From assembly GCF_006345805.1 (NCBI RefSeq), contig NC_043020.1, positions 23,064,001 through 23,128,000 on the forward strand: 64,000 nucleotides of DNA, given 5' to 3'. The number at the start of each line of letters is the position of its first letter. Position 1 is the first letter of the stretch. This stretch comes from Octopus sinensis. Taxonomy: Eukaryota. The notes below the pieces were generated by a model that ran no database searches, had not been told where the DNA came from, and saw only the letters and a list, made by a program, of their open reading frames with translations. Positions 37,216-49,847 of this stretch are shown one piece after another. The position numbers and the translations under genes were made by a program.

Positions 37216-37619
37216 TAGATGATATGCACATTTTCAAAATAATTACGATATTGGAGTAAGATACAAAATATTTATTAATCCATTATAGAACTAAATTAGA
37301 TAATAATCTAGGTAATTAAATAATAAAATAGATAATAAAAATGTAATAAATTGTAGACTGTGCATCCTCAAATCGATTATTGAAATAGATTAAATAAGAT
37401 AATGAATTAACTAATAATATGATTACATACTAAAATAGATTATGAACAATGATAAATTACATATGTTATAAAAAAAAAACTGAAAGAAAGTATCTGAAAA
37501 CGGCACAAATATTTGTGAAATCATTGTTGAAATGAATTAGAGAAAAATAAAAAAGAAAACTGTGAGAAGCGTTTGTTTTAATCGGTACAGTTCTATTGAA
37601 TAACAGTGATATTCTGGTT

Positions 37620-37770
37620 GGGAGACTTTGCCTCCCATCCTTTCGGGGTGGATTAAATAAGTACCAGATACGCACTGGGGTCGATGTAATCGACTTAATC
37701 CGTTTGTCTGTCCTTGTTTGTCTGTCCTTGTTTAGCTCCTTGTGGGTAATAGAGAAATAAGAAATAAACG
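37620..37770 (+). mobile_element. 5'-truncated SINE-A with Tx1-like tail
   Basis: Central domain plus tail ending GTGGGTAATAGAGAAATAAGAAAT. Confidence 0.8.
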
Positions 37771-38812
37771 AAGTAAAAACTTGTTTCTTGTTATTCTATC
37801 ATACCAGAGGCGTTCTTTATAATAGGCAATAACCCTAACCTGTTTGCATCTTCTTTTACTGGATTATATAGCAGAAGGTGTTTAAGGTGGATACTGTCAG
37901 GAACCGCAAGGAATATGGTAATTTGTCGCATGTTTCCACTTATGCTGCTCCACGGTGACAAGTTCTTCTGACAAGTAGCCATTTTAAACATCACCATTGA
38001 AAAACTACTTATAGATAAACAAATACAGTGGCGTGAATAGCTTGAAGAGGTTGATATATCTTTCTATGATCTTAAAAATAAATCGAATAAAAAAACTCAA
38101 CTTTGTTTGATACGACATTGCCAAACCTGCAGAAAAACGGAATTTTCGAATACGAGATGTGATTCTCCTTGCTCTGGAAATTAGTCAAACACGAAAGTGA
38201 TGAAGTTGACAGTAAAGATCTTGAGAGGTAGAAAGTGTTGAATACAAAGGTAAGAAAAAACAGGAAAGAATATGTCAATGCATATGCTGGGAGGTTTCAA
38301 CAAGCAGAAGAAATATTTTCAGATAAGGACATACCGAAAGAGCTCAAAAATAACAAAGGATTTTCGTTTACCTTAAGTAAAAAAAAAACTCAGTTTCCTT
38401 AATTAGAAAACAGGTGTTTTGTATAGGGTTAATATGTCGGTTGATCCAGTTTCTGTTTCATTTATTTTACTTTGGGAAACGATGAACATGATTTAAAATG
38501 CATCAAACGAACTGTCGGAAAGAATTCTATGAGTTATCATTCTAAATAGTTATCACTCCAAATACTACTTATCTCTTTAAATCTTTGCGCTTCTATGGAA
38601 CATTTCCATTTCCTAAAATGCTATATTTGCATAATAAATATAAGAAGAATGAAAGAAAAATAAAAGAACTCGGGAAGCAATTCCCACGTAGGATGTTGAT
38701 TGAATATCTATTATTCTCAATAAAAAAAAAGACATTCCATATAGAGGCTTATGCACAGAATATTTTTAATTCTTTAATAAATGATATTTTCCCATTTATC
38801 AATTATTTGCAT

Positions 38813-39055
<243 letters not shown>

Positions 39056-39681
39056 ATGTTTTAAGTATCAGTGTTATTTTATATATTTATTTATTCAATT
39101 TATTTATTTTCACTTTTCATAAAGATCGCGATTCACGCTAATCTGAAAGTGAAAGTGAAAGTATTAAAAGATATGAATCCTGCTGTGAATAAATTATCTT
39201 CAGTAACTTTTGATTATTTTATTTTATTTTATTTTATTTTATTTTATTTCTATTTGATGACTTTTTTTCTCCTCCCCCTCCGCCTTTTGTTATTTAACCA
39301 GCTTTTATCCCTTTAAAATATGAATGTTAACGTTGTTTCACAGCAGAACTATTCCAAGCTCAAAACAGCAGCGAAACGAAATAAACCAATTTTAGTTATC
39401 TTTGTTAGAATATTTTTTTGAAAACGTGCTTTATATATATATATATTTTTTGTTTTGTTATCATCTTTTCTCAAAATAACTATAATGGAATAATCTCATT
39501 TATCGACAACCAAGCACAGCGTGAACCAAAGAAGGATCCTCTTGCTAGGTCGTCTCCCGTGCTAGAAATAGAAGTTATGACACCTGTCATAAACTAAACC
39601 TTATTTTCTTAAAGAAAAAGAATTATTTACTGGATTGTGTAGCCCTAGGCAGATTGTGTATAAAATGATGAAATGATAGTA

Positions 39682-40050
39682 ACTGGGAGAATCGTTAGCA
39701 CGCCGGGCGAAATGCTTAGCGGTATTTTCGTCTGCCGCTACGTTCTGAGTTCAAATTCCGCCGAAGTCGACTTTGCCTTTCATCCTTTCGGGACCGATTA
39801 AATAAGTACCAGTTACGCACTGGGGTCGATATAATCGACTTAATCCGTTTGTTTATTCTTGTTTGTCCTCTCTGTGTTTAGCCCCTTGTGGATAGTAAAG
39901 AAATAGAAATAGGTATTTCGTCTGCTGCTACGTTCCGAGTTCAAATCGACCCCAGTTACGCACTGGGGTCGATGCAATCGGCTTACTCCCTTTGTCTGAC
40001 CTTGTCTGTTCCCTCTATGTTTAGCCCCTTGTGGGCAATAAAGAAATAAG
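39682..40050 (+). mobile_element. SINE-A dimer (second unit internally deleted)
   Basis: Junction AAAGAAATAGAAATA-GGTATTTCGTCTGCTG at about 39912. Confidence 0.88.
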
Positions 40051-40547
40051 ATAGACTGTGTATAAAATGATGGGGTGATTGTTATTAGATCGTAGGTTGT
40101 TTGCTCAATGAAAGATAGACTGGGGTTAAACGATGACATACAATTTCCTCGCGTCGGCGATGACAATATGAACGCTGATAGCAAACAAGGCTGTCACGGA
40201 AATTCGGCATTTTGCTGACCTTACTAACGGCGATACAGTGAAGAAACAATTGATAAACAAAAACACACGACAACGACGATGACCACCACCACCACCACCA
40301 CCACGCCACCAAACCACCACCACCACCACACCACCACACCACCGTAGCAACCTCCAACAGCAACAACAACGCCAACACCAACACTACCAGCAAAAATAGC
40401 AACAATAACACTATTATCACCTCGGCAACACTAACAATACTACAATCAATAACATCATCATTACCACCACTACTACTACAACCACTACCACCCTGGGAAT
40501 TGATGGCCTTGTGCCAAAATTCGAAACCAATATTTATTCAATAACAT

Positions 40548-40765
40548 AGGGCGGTAAGCTGGCAGAATCGTCAGCATGCAAGACAAAGTGCTTAATGGTA
40601 TTCCACCCGTTCTGGGTTCAAATTCCTCTCAGGTCGACTTTGTCTTTCGTCCTTTTGGGGGTCAATAAAATAAGTCCCAGTTGAGCACAGGGGTCAATTT
40701 AATCGACTTACACTCTTCCCCGAATTTTCTGGCCTTGTACCAGAATTTGAAACCAAACCAATATG
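40548..40765 (+). mobile_element. SINE-A old-tail monomer, diverged
   Basis: GGCGGTAAGCTGGCAGAATCG head; CCCGAATTTTCTGGCCTTGTACC tail. Confidence 0.75.
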
Positions 40766-41487
40766 ATGATTAGCTGTTCCCCAGATCCAACCTCAACAGA
40801 GAAAAGAGAGGAGATATAAGATAAGTAAAGGTGACAAACTGTCGGAGAAAGAGAGAAGAATTTCCCTTGAAAATTCGGCAAAAGCTGAAGAGGGAATAAG
40901 TCATGTAGAGAGAGGGAGACTTGTTGTTTCCTTACGAATGTGTAAGAAGTTGACATTCTTTTGAATAGCCAATTAGAAGCTGGTGAATAAACTGCGTGAA
41001 CTTCAAGAAGAAAGAAAAAATACAAAAAAATAAGCAAAAAGCAAAACGTACCGCTTGAGGTGAATGGGTGTGATAGGTCTTGATTACAGAAGTCAACAGG
41101 TAATTTTTATCAGATGATATTTTAGCTACATTTAAAACCATTTTGCACTGAAATTACCTTTAGGTTTTCCACAGATGCATGAATTTTTTTTTTGGAAATG
41201 TCTTTATTTATTTTAAATTTTCGTTTTTTTGCCTTCCATATAATTAAATATTCGGTTTAGGCATTTTAAGGTCTTATCTTCAAATTTGCTTCTAAATTCG
41301 TCAATATTTTGATTTAAAAAACAGTATTGTTTTTATAAGCATATTTTCTTTAAGGTTACGACATATTCTAACTAAGCTGTAAACGTACATAGGAAATGAA
41401 AAAAGAAACCCCAGAAAAAACACTGACCTTTTTGATCGATGTGTTTGTGGCAACTTTACAGTAACATCACAACGATAATATATTTTC

Positions 41488-42012
41488 TTTTTTTACTTGT
41501 TTCAGTGATCTGACTGCGACCATGCTGGGGCACTGACTTGAAGTATTTTTAGTCGAGTGAATCGATCGCAGTATTTATTATTTTACTGTAAAGCCCGGTG
41601 ACTTTGCTTTTCATCCTTTCGGGGTCGATTAAATAAGTACCAGTTACGCACTGGGGTCGATATAATCGACTGAATCCGTTTGCCTGTCCTTGTTTGTCCT
41701 CTCTGTGTTTAACCCCTGGTGGATAGTAAAGAAATAGGTATTTTAGATCGAACTTAAACACATCAAAAGCGGTTGTTAAGCGGTGGCAGGGGCGGAGGAG
41801 AAACAGAGACACAAAGACGCACGCATAGATATATACTTATATACGCAAGAAGCTTCTTTCAGTTTCTGTCTACCTAATCCACTCACAAGGCTTTTGTCAG
41901 CTCGAGGCTATAGTAGAAGATACTTGCCCAAGGTGCCACGCAGTGTGACTGAACCAGGAACCATGTGGTTGAAAAGCAAGCTTCTTACCACACAGCTACG
42001 CCTTCGCCTATA
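41488..42012 (-). mobile_element. SINE-B containing a plus-strand SINE-A body+Tx1 tail (41597..41745)
   Basis: SINE-B blocks on both sides; insert ends AAAGAAATA-GGTATTTT. Confidence 0.8.
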
Positions 42013-42179
42013 CAGCAAATCTTAAATATATTCTGATTATCTTATAAGTAACCAATGCAAACCATGGGTTCCTCACCAAATCCGTACAGAAGTAGTTTGC
42101 AGATTTTTTTGCAGAAAAAGAAGCCTTTAATATAATTTTCAGTGCCATTAGTTTATCTATCTATCTATCTATCTATCTA

Positions 42180-42228
<49 letters not shown>

Positions 42229-42322
42229 CCTACTTCAGCAATGTAACTACACACGCGCTGTTGGTGATTTTTTTTCCTTCTTTGAACTTTTCCCTTTGCC
42301 CTTTTCCTTTCTGGCTAAGAGC

Positions 42323-42396
<74 letters not shown>

Positions 42397-42454
42397 GGAA
42401 GATGTGTGTATGTGTGTATATATAAGTGACAGGCCATTTAGTCGAATTCCATAA

Positions 42455-42770
42455 AAATCAGGGGAATTTGAATGTAAAGACGGAAGAAATGCCGTTTAGC
42501 ATTTCGTCCGGCGTGCTAACGATTCTGCCAGCTGGCCCCGTTTTTCTCGAAGAAAATATTGGTTTCAAATTTCAGTACAAGGCCAAAAAATTCGGGGGAG
42601 GGGTAAGTCAATTAAATCGGCCCTTGTTATCAAATGTTACTTATTTTACTGACCCTGAAAGGGATGAAAGGTAAAGTCGACATCGGCAGAATTTGAACGC
42701 AGAACATAAAGGCAAAATGCTGTTAAGCATTTTTCCAAGCGTGCTGATAATTCCGCCTGCTCATCGCCTT
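42455..42770 (-). mobile_element. Diverged SINE-A old-tail monomer plus adjacent head fragment
   Basis: Head blocks at about 42480..42540 and 42680..42770; old-type tail between. Confidence 0.7.
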
Positions 42771-42812
42771 TTTCTTGAAGAAAATATTATAATGAATTAC
42801 TGTATAAAGCTA

Positions 42813-43198
42813 AATTTTGATTTGGCAGTTTATTTCAAGATGGATAATTCTCTCTGTTATTGCGATGACATTAATGGACTTTTAACAAGTCCATTGAAGG
42901 CACGTTGTAAATGGAATGGCAACTTTTTATAGGTTCATCTCCAAGAAGTTTTATAGCTGTTTTATTACGTAATGGAACTTTGAAACCACCTACCGCCATA
43001 ACGTCTTCTAGGAATGTAATGGGATTTTATGCTGACACATAGATCCCTTTTAACGCAATTTCGTATAATAATCGCCAATCTGCCTATGGAATTTGAAGAA
43101 TGCTTAATTTAATTGCTTTGTTCATGGGGATACAAATAGGATTCATCAAGCTCTGCTACATTCTATGGTGGTGGAACAGTGGCATTATTACAGAACAT
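42813..43198 (+). pseudogene. DNA transposase relic (possibly Chapaev/CMC-like; family uncertain)
   Basis: FKMDNSLCYCDDINGLL then, after a shift, EWQLFIGSSPRSFIAVLLRNG...LIALFMGIQIGFIKLCYIL.W, matching the EWRLFIDSS.RSLKAVLLHNG...IALLMG.Q.GFTK.CC.LC.W pattern of widespread invertebrate transposases. Confidence 0.7.
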
Positions 43199-43324
43199 TG
43201 AAAGCGACGAGCTGGAAGAATCGTTGGTGCGCCAGACAAAGTACTTAACAGTATTTCTATCGTTTCCTTACAGTCTTAGATCATATCCCGACGAGGTCGA
43301 TTTTGCCTTTCATCTTTTTGATGT

Positions 43325-43702
43325 CGATTAAATATTTTTCTTTACTACCCACAAGGGGCTAAACACAGAGGGGACAAACAAGGAAAGACACACGGATTAA
43401 GTCGATTACATCGACCACAGTGCGTAACTGGTACTTAATTTATCGACCCCGAAAGGATGAAAGGCAAAGTCGACCTCGGCGGAATTTGAAATCGGAACGT
43501 AACGACGGGTGAAATACCTATTTCTTTACTACCCACAAGGGGCTAAACACAGAGGGGACAAACAAAGACAGACACACGGATTAAGTCGATTACATCGACT
43601 CCAGTACGTCACTGGTACTTAATTTATCGACCCCGAAAGGATGAAAGGCAAAGTCGACCTCGGCGGAATTTGAACTCGGAACTTAACGACAGACGAAATA
43701 CG
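43325..43702 (-). mobile_element. Two SINE-A body+Tx1-tail units: downstream part of the SINE disrupted by Tx1 element 2
   Basis: Begins with the TSD copy, then B-box, central domain, tail, junction AAAGAAATA-GGTATTTCACCCGTCG (about 43518), second unit. Confidence 0.9.
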
Positions 43703-43945
43703 AATTTCTTTATTGCCCACCGGGGGCCAAACATAGATATGGACAGTACAACTGATAGGATCAGTGAATCGATATGATTTTACATAAATGTGACATCAAA
43801 AATAAAATACAATACATAAAAATCGAATGGAATACACAGTACAAAGACAATACAAATGAAGCGATGATCAAGTTACGCTCCGATCCCACAAGCCCCGATC
43901 TACCGCTGATACCTTTTTATTTTTCCTTTTTTTTTTTTTCCTCGT

Positions 43946-46900
43946 CTATTCACACGGTTCCTTGCACGCACAACACTCGTGCAACATACTTCCATCTCTT
44001 TTGGAACGTACACTCTGACAGACACCTCTTCTCTCCAGCCACAGTTTCCTTTTCAAATGAAAAGAAAAAAAGGATCGTAAATTGTCACCAGAGATAAAGT
44101 TGCCTGTCTTAATTCCTTTTATCCTAGTCTTCCATACAGCCTCTTTTGCTATTGCTACAACCGTGAGAAAACAATTCTTACCTTCGTTCGTTAGAACTCC
44201 CGGTGGGTCAATTTTTATAATTGACTCAGTCGACAGCCGTACTCTTCCTTCGCCGGACAACAGATGTTCAGCATAAGCCCACATTTCAGTTATCTCCGGA
44301 CACTGAACAATAGCGTGAGGGACGGTTTCCCTGTCCCCCCCGCATCTTGGACAGGTCGGCGACTGACGTTTACCATGTCTTGCGAGCTTATCCCAAACGG
44401 GCAAGGCACTGCTGTTACATTGCCAGGTTAAGGACTTTTGGAAGTTGTCCAACGTTCTCAACCCGAATGTACGATGAAACAAGCTGTCCAGTTGAATAAA
44501 TCCGAGACCTAGAGTCGACCCCAGGCCATCGTCGCATTCAGACTCTACCAACCCACTATATAAAATCCGTGTGGAACCTCCACCGCTGGCGTTGCCCGAG
44601 CGCCGGAACAGCAAGAGGGCCTTACGGCACTCTTTATGCCACTCACTCGACCTCGGTCTACGAGAACACCAGGCTTCCTGTTCGCAAAAACTCTTGAACT
44701 CAGGGAACATTTGTCTGGCCAGCGGAGACCACACCCGTTCACTATCCAGGAGAATCCAGAGGTGCCTCAACCTCAACGCATGTCTGCGCATCATTAACCA
44801 AGGCATCCCTAAACTCCATTTAAAGGCTTTTGACAGCAGACAGAGCGTTTCACAAGTGGCGACCTGCCCTTCCACAAAAAGCGAAAGAGCTGTCTCTCCA
44901 ACCTGATCAACCACGAATCCGGACAGGGCACGACGGTCAGGCGGTAGGTAATGACCGATGCGATAAACACATTGGCCACTTCCGCCCTCCCTTTCAGGGA
45001 TAGCCACCGCCAAGACCAGGTCTTGACTACTGCAGCCACCCTGCTCAATACCTCCGTCCAGTTCTTCTCTCTCTGGAGGCCTGGTCCAAACCAGACTCCC
45101 AGCAACTTAACCGGTCCCTCCGTCCAGCGCCTAACAGCACTGTCTGAAGGCATCGACTTGCCAACCTAGGTGCCGAGCTGCAAGCCGACCGACTTTTCCC
45201 GGTTAATCTTTGCTCCTGCTATCTCCTCGTAAGCCTCAATAGTCTTACCTACTTCACGTAGGCGTGCCACTGTGGTTACACTGATAGTGATATCATCCGC
45301 GAAAGCCGTAACAAACTCCTCTAGTCCTGGTTCTCTCGGGATGCCACTCAACCTTTGCAGTAATGGCTCGAGAGCCATCCCATACAAAAGTGGTGAAAGC
45401 GGACATCCTTGACGAACCGAGCGTCTGATGCAGAACGGCTTCGAAAGGAAACCGTTCACCCGAACTATCGAGTCAATGTTGTGGTACAAAGCGATAAACC
45501 ACTGAGGAAGCCAAGGCCCAGGCCAAACCGCGCAAGTACAGTCGCTAGGTATCGATGGTCAACCCTATCAAAAGCTTTAGACTGGTCCAAATGCACCAAT
45601 GCCCCACCTTTGCCAGATTTATTACCAAACCTCTCTATGGTATAGCGAATAAGATGGAGGGTATCCTGAATGGTTCTGCCTGGGATGGCACATGTCTGTG
45701 CCTCCCCGACTATAACATTCGCGACACGCGCCAACCTTTTTGCTAGAACCTTGGCCAAAATCTTCACTTCTGCGTTTAACAGAGTGATGGGCCTGAAATT
45801 CTCTAGAACGTCCCCTTGTCCGGGTCCTTTCTGACCAACGTCACTACTCCCCGGCGCACAGATCTGGGGATAAACCCATTCTGTTTCCAGTTCGCGTACA
45901 CGTCAGTCAGTAGTTGCCCGAACAAGTCTGGCATACATTTATACAGCTCGTACGGAAGACCATCAAGTCCCGGTGACTTACCCGCTTTACAATCGGCCAA
46001 AGCCTCCATCACCTCCTCAGGTGTGATTGGCCCTTCGCAAGACTCCGCATCCGACCCCGAGAAGCACGGCAGCCCGGTAAGAAAGTCCTCGAGGGCTCTC
46101 CCACCACCAGGACCGCCGTCACCCCCGAACAGCTGGGCGAAGTACTCCCGAAAGACCTCACACATTTTATCGGGTTCGTTTATCAAGACCCCATTTTGAT
46201 TCGTCAAAGACCGAATAGAGGAACTATTTCCTTGCCGAGCTTCCACCACTCGGGCCCATCCAGCGGCTTTGATTCCTTCACTTCCCATTGCACGTAACTT
46301 AGCTCTGGTAATACTTCCCATGTGGTGGGCTTCAAGATGCTGGTTTAACTCCAGTCTTTTCACCCTCGCTTGGTCTGTATTACCAGTCCTCCAGGCTTCT
46401 TCTAGTTCCTTAACTAGACCATCTCCTATTTTACGTCCCTTCTTAGCTAAACTTATGCTAAACCTAATAGACTCATATTTGATGGCTCTTTTTAGGGGGT
46501 ACCACCATTTGTTATTAATGATGGTACCTGTTAATGTCCTCTGTATTAACATCTTGATCCGCTTTCTGTACTCCTCAATCGCCAAAAGGGACGTATTGAG
46601 TTTCCAGTAGCCAGATCCCTGTCTATGCAACTTATCTACCGTAAGTTTACAGGTAACCATCTTGTGGTCACTGTAGCTGACTAGAAAAAACTGTGGACAC
46701 TCAACTATGGACTTATCTTTTTCTCTAATTAAAATCCTATCTAGATATGTTCTGGTAGACCCGTCACTATTTGACCACGTCCACTGTGGAGTGTTCGGGT
46801 GCTCCAACCTATATGGATCTGCTAGCTGAAATTGACTTAGCAGATCCCGAAAGCCTGGGTTACATTTTCTGTTCATGTTCGAGTTTGAGCCAACACAATC

Positions 46901-47353
46901 TGTGTGTGCTGCACATATTGTATTAGAGTCTCCTAACACTACTAGTGAATGCGACGTGGCTAGGAACTTTCCTAGGCCACGAAAATATTCAGTTTGCGGG
47001 CCAATAATGTTTGGTGCGTAAATAGCGACCAGCCTGATTGTCTTGCCACAACTGAATGTCAAGTCGAGAACGACCAGCCTGCCTTCTGGGTCAGAAAAAA
47101 CCAACTTTTTCTCGGCTACCCGGTTTCTTTTTAGTAGGACCAACACCCCACCCCCACCTCCCGCCCGACTCGGAGAAACGTATTTCTCGTAGCCGTTCAG
47201 GAGGGGGAGCAGATCTCTTGGCCTCTTCACCCGGGTTTCCGTTGCAACAATTACATCCAAATTTCTCGACCTGATGTCATTCAGAAAGCGTCCTTGCTTC
47301 CAGCTTGACAGCAGGCCATGAACATTTAAACAACCAATGTGAATAGCCATCAC
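43946..47353 (-). pseudogene. Tx1 element 2 ORF2 (APE-RT-CCHC), several frameshifts/stops
   Basis: IHIGCLNVHGL...ATET...TYLDR...SDHK; SPGLDGLP; LDQSKAFDRVDH; VRQGCPLSP; FADD; CPRCGGDRETVPHAIVQC across ORFs 45803..47353, 45465..45767, 45166..45489, 44809..45153, 43946..45013. Confidence 0.92.
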
Positions 47354-47361
47354 TTACCTGT

Positions 47362-48887
47362 TTAATTAGGATTGTCCGGTGGAGGGGGACCCTCCACCTT
47401 TTTTTGATCCTGGGTCGGAGGTGGACGGTCTTGGGAAATAGATTTGTCAAAATCCCGTCTCACCACCGACACAGAATTATCAGGTGGAGGGGGAATCTCC
47501 ACCTTTTCCTTTTCTCGCGGGTTCGGAGCTGGTAATCCATGAAATATCGACTTGTTAAAATCTAATCTCAATGAAGATACAGTCTTTCTGTACTTATTTT
47601 GTAGAATTCTATAAGTCTTATTTGAGACTTCATATATGTCGTAATTGATAAATTCCTCTGAAAGGTTATCAATTTTTTTACAGTCTTTATGAGTTGAATG
47701 TCTCTCATGAGCTCAGTATCTTTAGTGTATACGGCTATTATGCCTTTTTCTTCTTTTTCTCTTCTGGCAGTCTTTTTTGGTCGTTGTTCTGTAGTAGTCG
47801 CCGCTCTCGGCTGGGTTGCTGGTTGTATTTTTCTTTTGTTTGTTGTTTTTTTTTCTCATCTGTTTCTTCTTTATCTTCTTCCTCTTTGTCTTTTTCTCCT
47901 CTTCCTCCTCTTCTTCATTTTCCTTGCAGTTCCTTCGAATGTGGCCTAATTGACCACATAAAAAACATCGAGGTTTTCGGCCCTCAACAAACACCACGAG
48001 GTTCTCCTCCCCTACCTCAATTGTCTCAGGAATTGTTTGAATTATTTTAGGGTCCGCTTGAATGAGAAGATTAATTGTTTGACCATCCCAGCGTGGGTTT
48101 TCCGTAGCGGTAGCCTGGAGGAGAGTAATTTTTTCTACCTCTTTGATTAGGACTGCCGCCAACAACCACATAGGTTAGACCTCTGGCGGGACCCTTGTAA
48201 TTTTTATTCGCGACGTCCTCATCCCCATATAATAGGGTATTAACTCCACGTCGTTCGTTTTCAACGTTTCAACTGAGTTCTTGTGTGCTATTTATTGGTG
48301 AACCTTACTTCCACCGTTCCGAATTTTTTTCCTCTTCTCAGAAATACTACGTCGCCCAATATTGGCTTTAAGCACTTTTCTATTTTCTCTTCTGACATTC
48401 TTTCAATTTTTCTTTTTTGTAGACAATATGTTTTGAAAATTATTGTTTTTTGCTTTTCTTCCTGTAATAACTTTTGCGGAGGTTCAATTTTCACACCGTT
48501 GTCAGTTATTTCCATCATTTTGCTGTATTTCATAATTTCGCTTTTATTCGTCGACAGTATCTGGGTTCCACCCCCAGCAGCCAACGCAAAACTTTTTTTT
48601 CCATTTTTTGGTTCTATCTGGATGCTAGGCACATCAATTATTCTCTTCGACACAATGCCTTTGTTCTCTGGCAAAGTCGGAAACTCTTCTGGTGAAAGTT
48701 CTGACGAGCTCTCAGACACATCTCCAAAAATATCAAATATATTATCCTCTCTGCTATTCCTTCTTGTAGCGGGGGAAACCCCTATTTCCTTGTCTGTAGT
48801 TGGCTCCTCGCCGGACATGTATTTCCTCCTCTCAACAGGAGAAACAAGTATTTCTGCTCCAACGGTAGGCTCCATGCTAGACGACAT
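47362..48887 (-). pseudogene. Tx1 element 2 ORF1, frameshifted
   Basis: RGKKFGTVEVRF and VEGRKPRCFLCGQLGHIRRNC (CCHC), homologous to element-1 ORF1; likely ATG at 48887. Confidence 0.82.
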
Positions 48888-49052
48888 TCTTCCCCCCCAA
48901 AGGGGGAATGAACAACGCGTGCTACCACAAGCACTAAGTGTTTTCAATTGAAAACTCCAACAGTTAAGTTATTCAACAGTTTAACAAGAAACAACAGTTG
49001 TTAACAATATTAACACCACGAAACAGCAATTCTTACTTCACGAACACATGTG

Positions 49053-49114
49053 CGACAGACGAAATACGGCTACGCATTTCGGCCGGCGTGCTAACGTTTC
49101 TGCCAGCTCGCCGA
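49053..49114 (-). mobile_element. SINE-A head (A-box part) upstream of Tx1 element 2
   Basis: Minus: CGGCGAGCTGGCAGAAACGTTAGCACGCCGGCCGAAATGCGTAGC-CGTATTTCGTCTGTCG then LINE 5' end CACATGTG. Confidence 0.92.
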
Positions 49115-49226
49115 TTAAATAAGTGTCAGCTAAGCACTGGGGTCGATGGAACTGAATATTTCCCTTCCCTACCAAATTCAGGCCTTGTGCCATACGTAGA
49201 AAGAACTATTACTGAATATTATAACC

Positions 49227-49545
49227 GGCACTCCGTCGCTTACGACAACGAGCGTTTCAGTTGACCTGATCAGTGGAACTGCCTGCTTGTTAAATTAACA
49301 TGCGAGTGGCTGAGTATTCCACAAACACGCGTATGCATAACGTCGTTCTCAGGAAGTTCAGCATGACACAGAATGTGACAAGGCTTGGACCCCGTTGAAT
49401 TACTGGTACTGCTTATTTTTGCTAGCTGATTGGACTGGAGTAATGTGAAATAAAGTGTCTTGCTCAAGGACATAACCCACCGCCGGTTTTCGAACTGACA
49501 ATCTTACGAACGTGAGATGAACAACCTCACTACTAAACCACATCA
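49227..49545 (-). mobile_element. tRNA-derived SINE, family D (CORE-like)
   Basis: Minus: degenerate A-box, B-box AGTTCGAAAACC, CCTTGAGCAAGACACTTTATTTCAC, tail TGTCGTAAGCGACGGAGTGCC. Confidence 0.7.
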
Positions 49546-49774
49546 CTCCACAGAATATTCTTTTCTGCTGCAGGCACAAAACCCGAAAATTTTGGGCAGG
49601 GGGCCAGTCGATTACATATTATACTACTACTAGATGGCACAGGGTGAAATCTGAAGGTGGACGAACTCTATACTATACTCCACTACGTTCTTAACAGAAT
49701 ATACCATAACTCTCTCTATATATATGCATATACATACATATATACACAAACACTCATATATCTATATATATATA

Positions 49775-49847
<73 letters not shown>

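Larger units (their letters stand above)
43703..49052 (-). mobile_element. Full-length L1/Tx1-clade LINE (element 2), 5350 bp, with exact 16-bp TSD in a SINE-A head
   Basis: TSD (plus) CGACAGACGAAATACG at 43687..43702 and 49053..49068; ORF1 and ORF2 homologous to element 1; 3' end GTGGGCAATAAAGAAATT. Confidence 0.95.

Noticed and set aside
40975-41065. Coiled-coil exon (KLVNKLRELQEERK)
   Set aside because: Short, closes with stops, weak splice context; insufficient support.
43325-43702. CRISPR-like array
   Set aside because: Units are about 175-bp SINE bodies with no unique spacers, in eukaryotic context with no cas genes.
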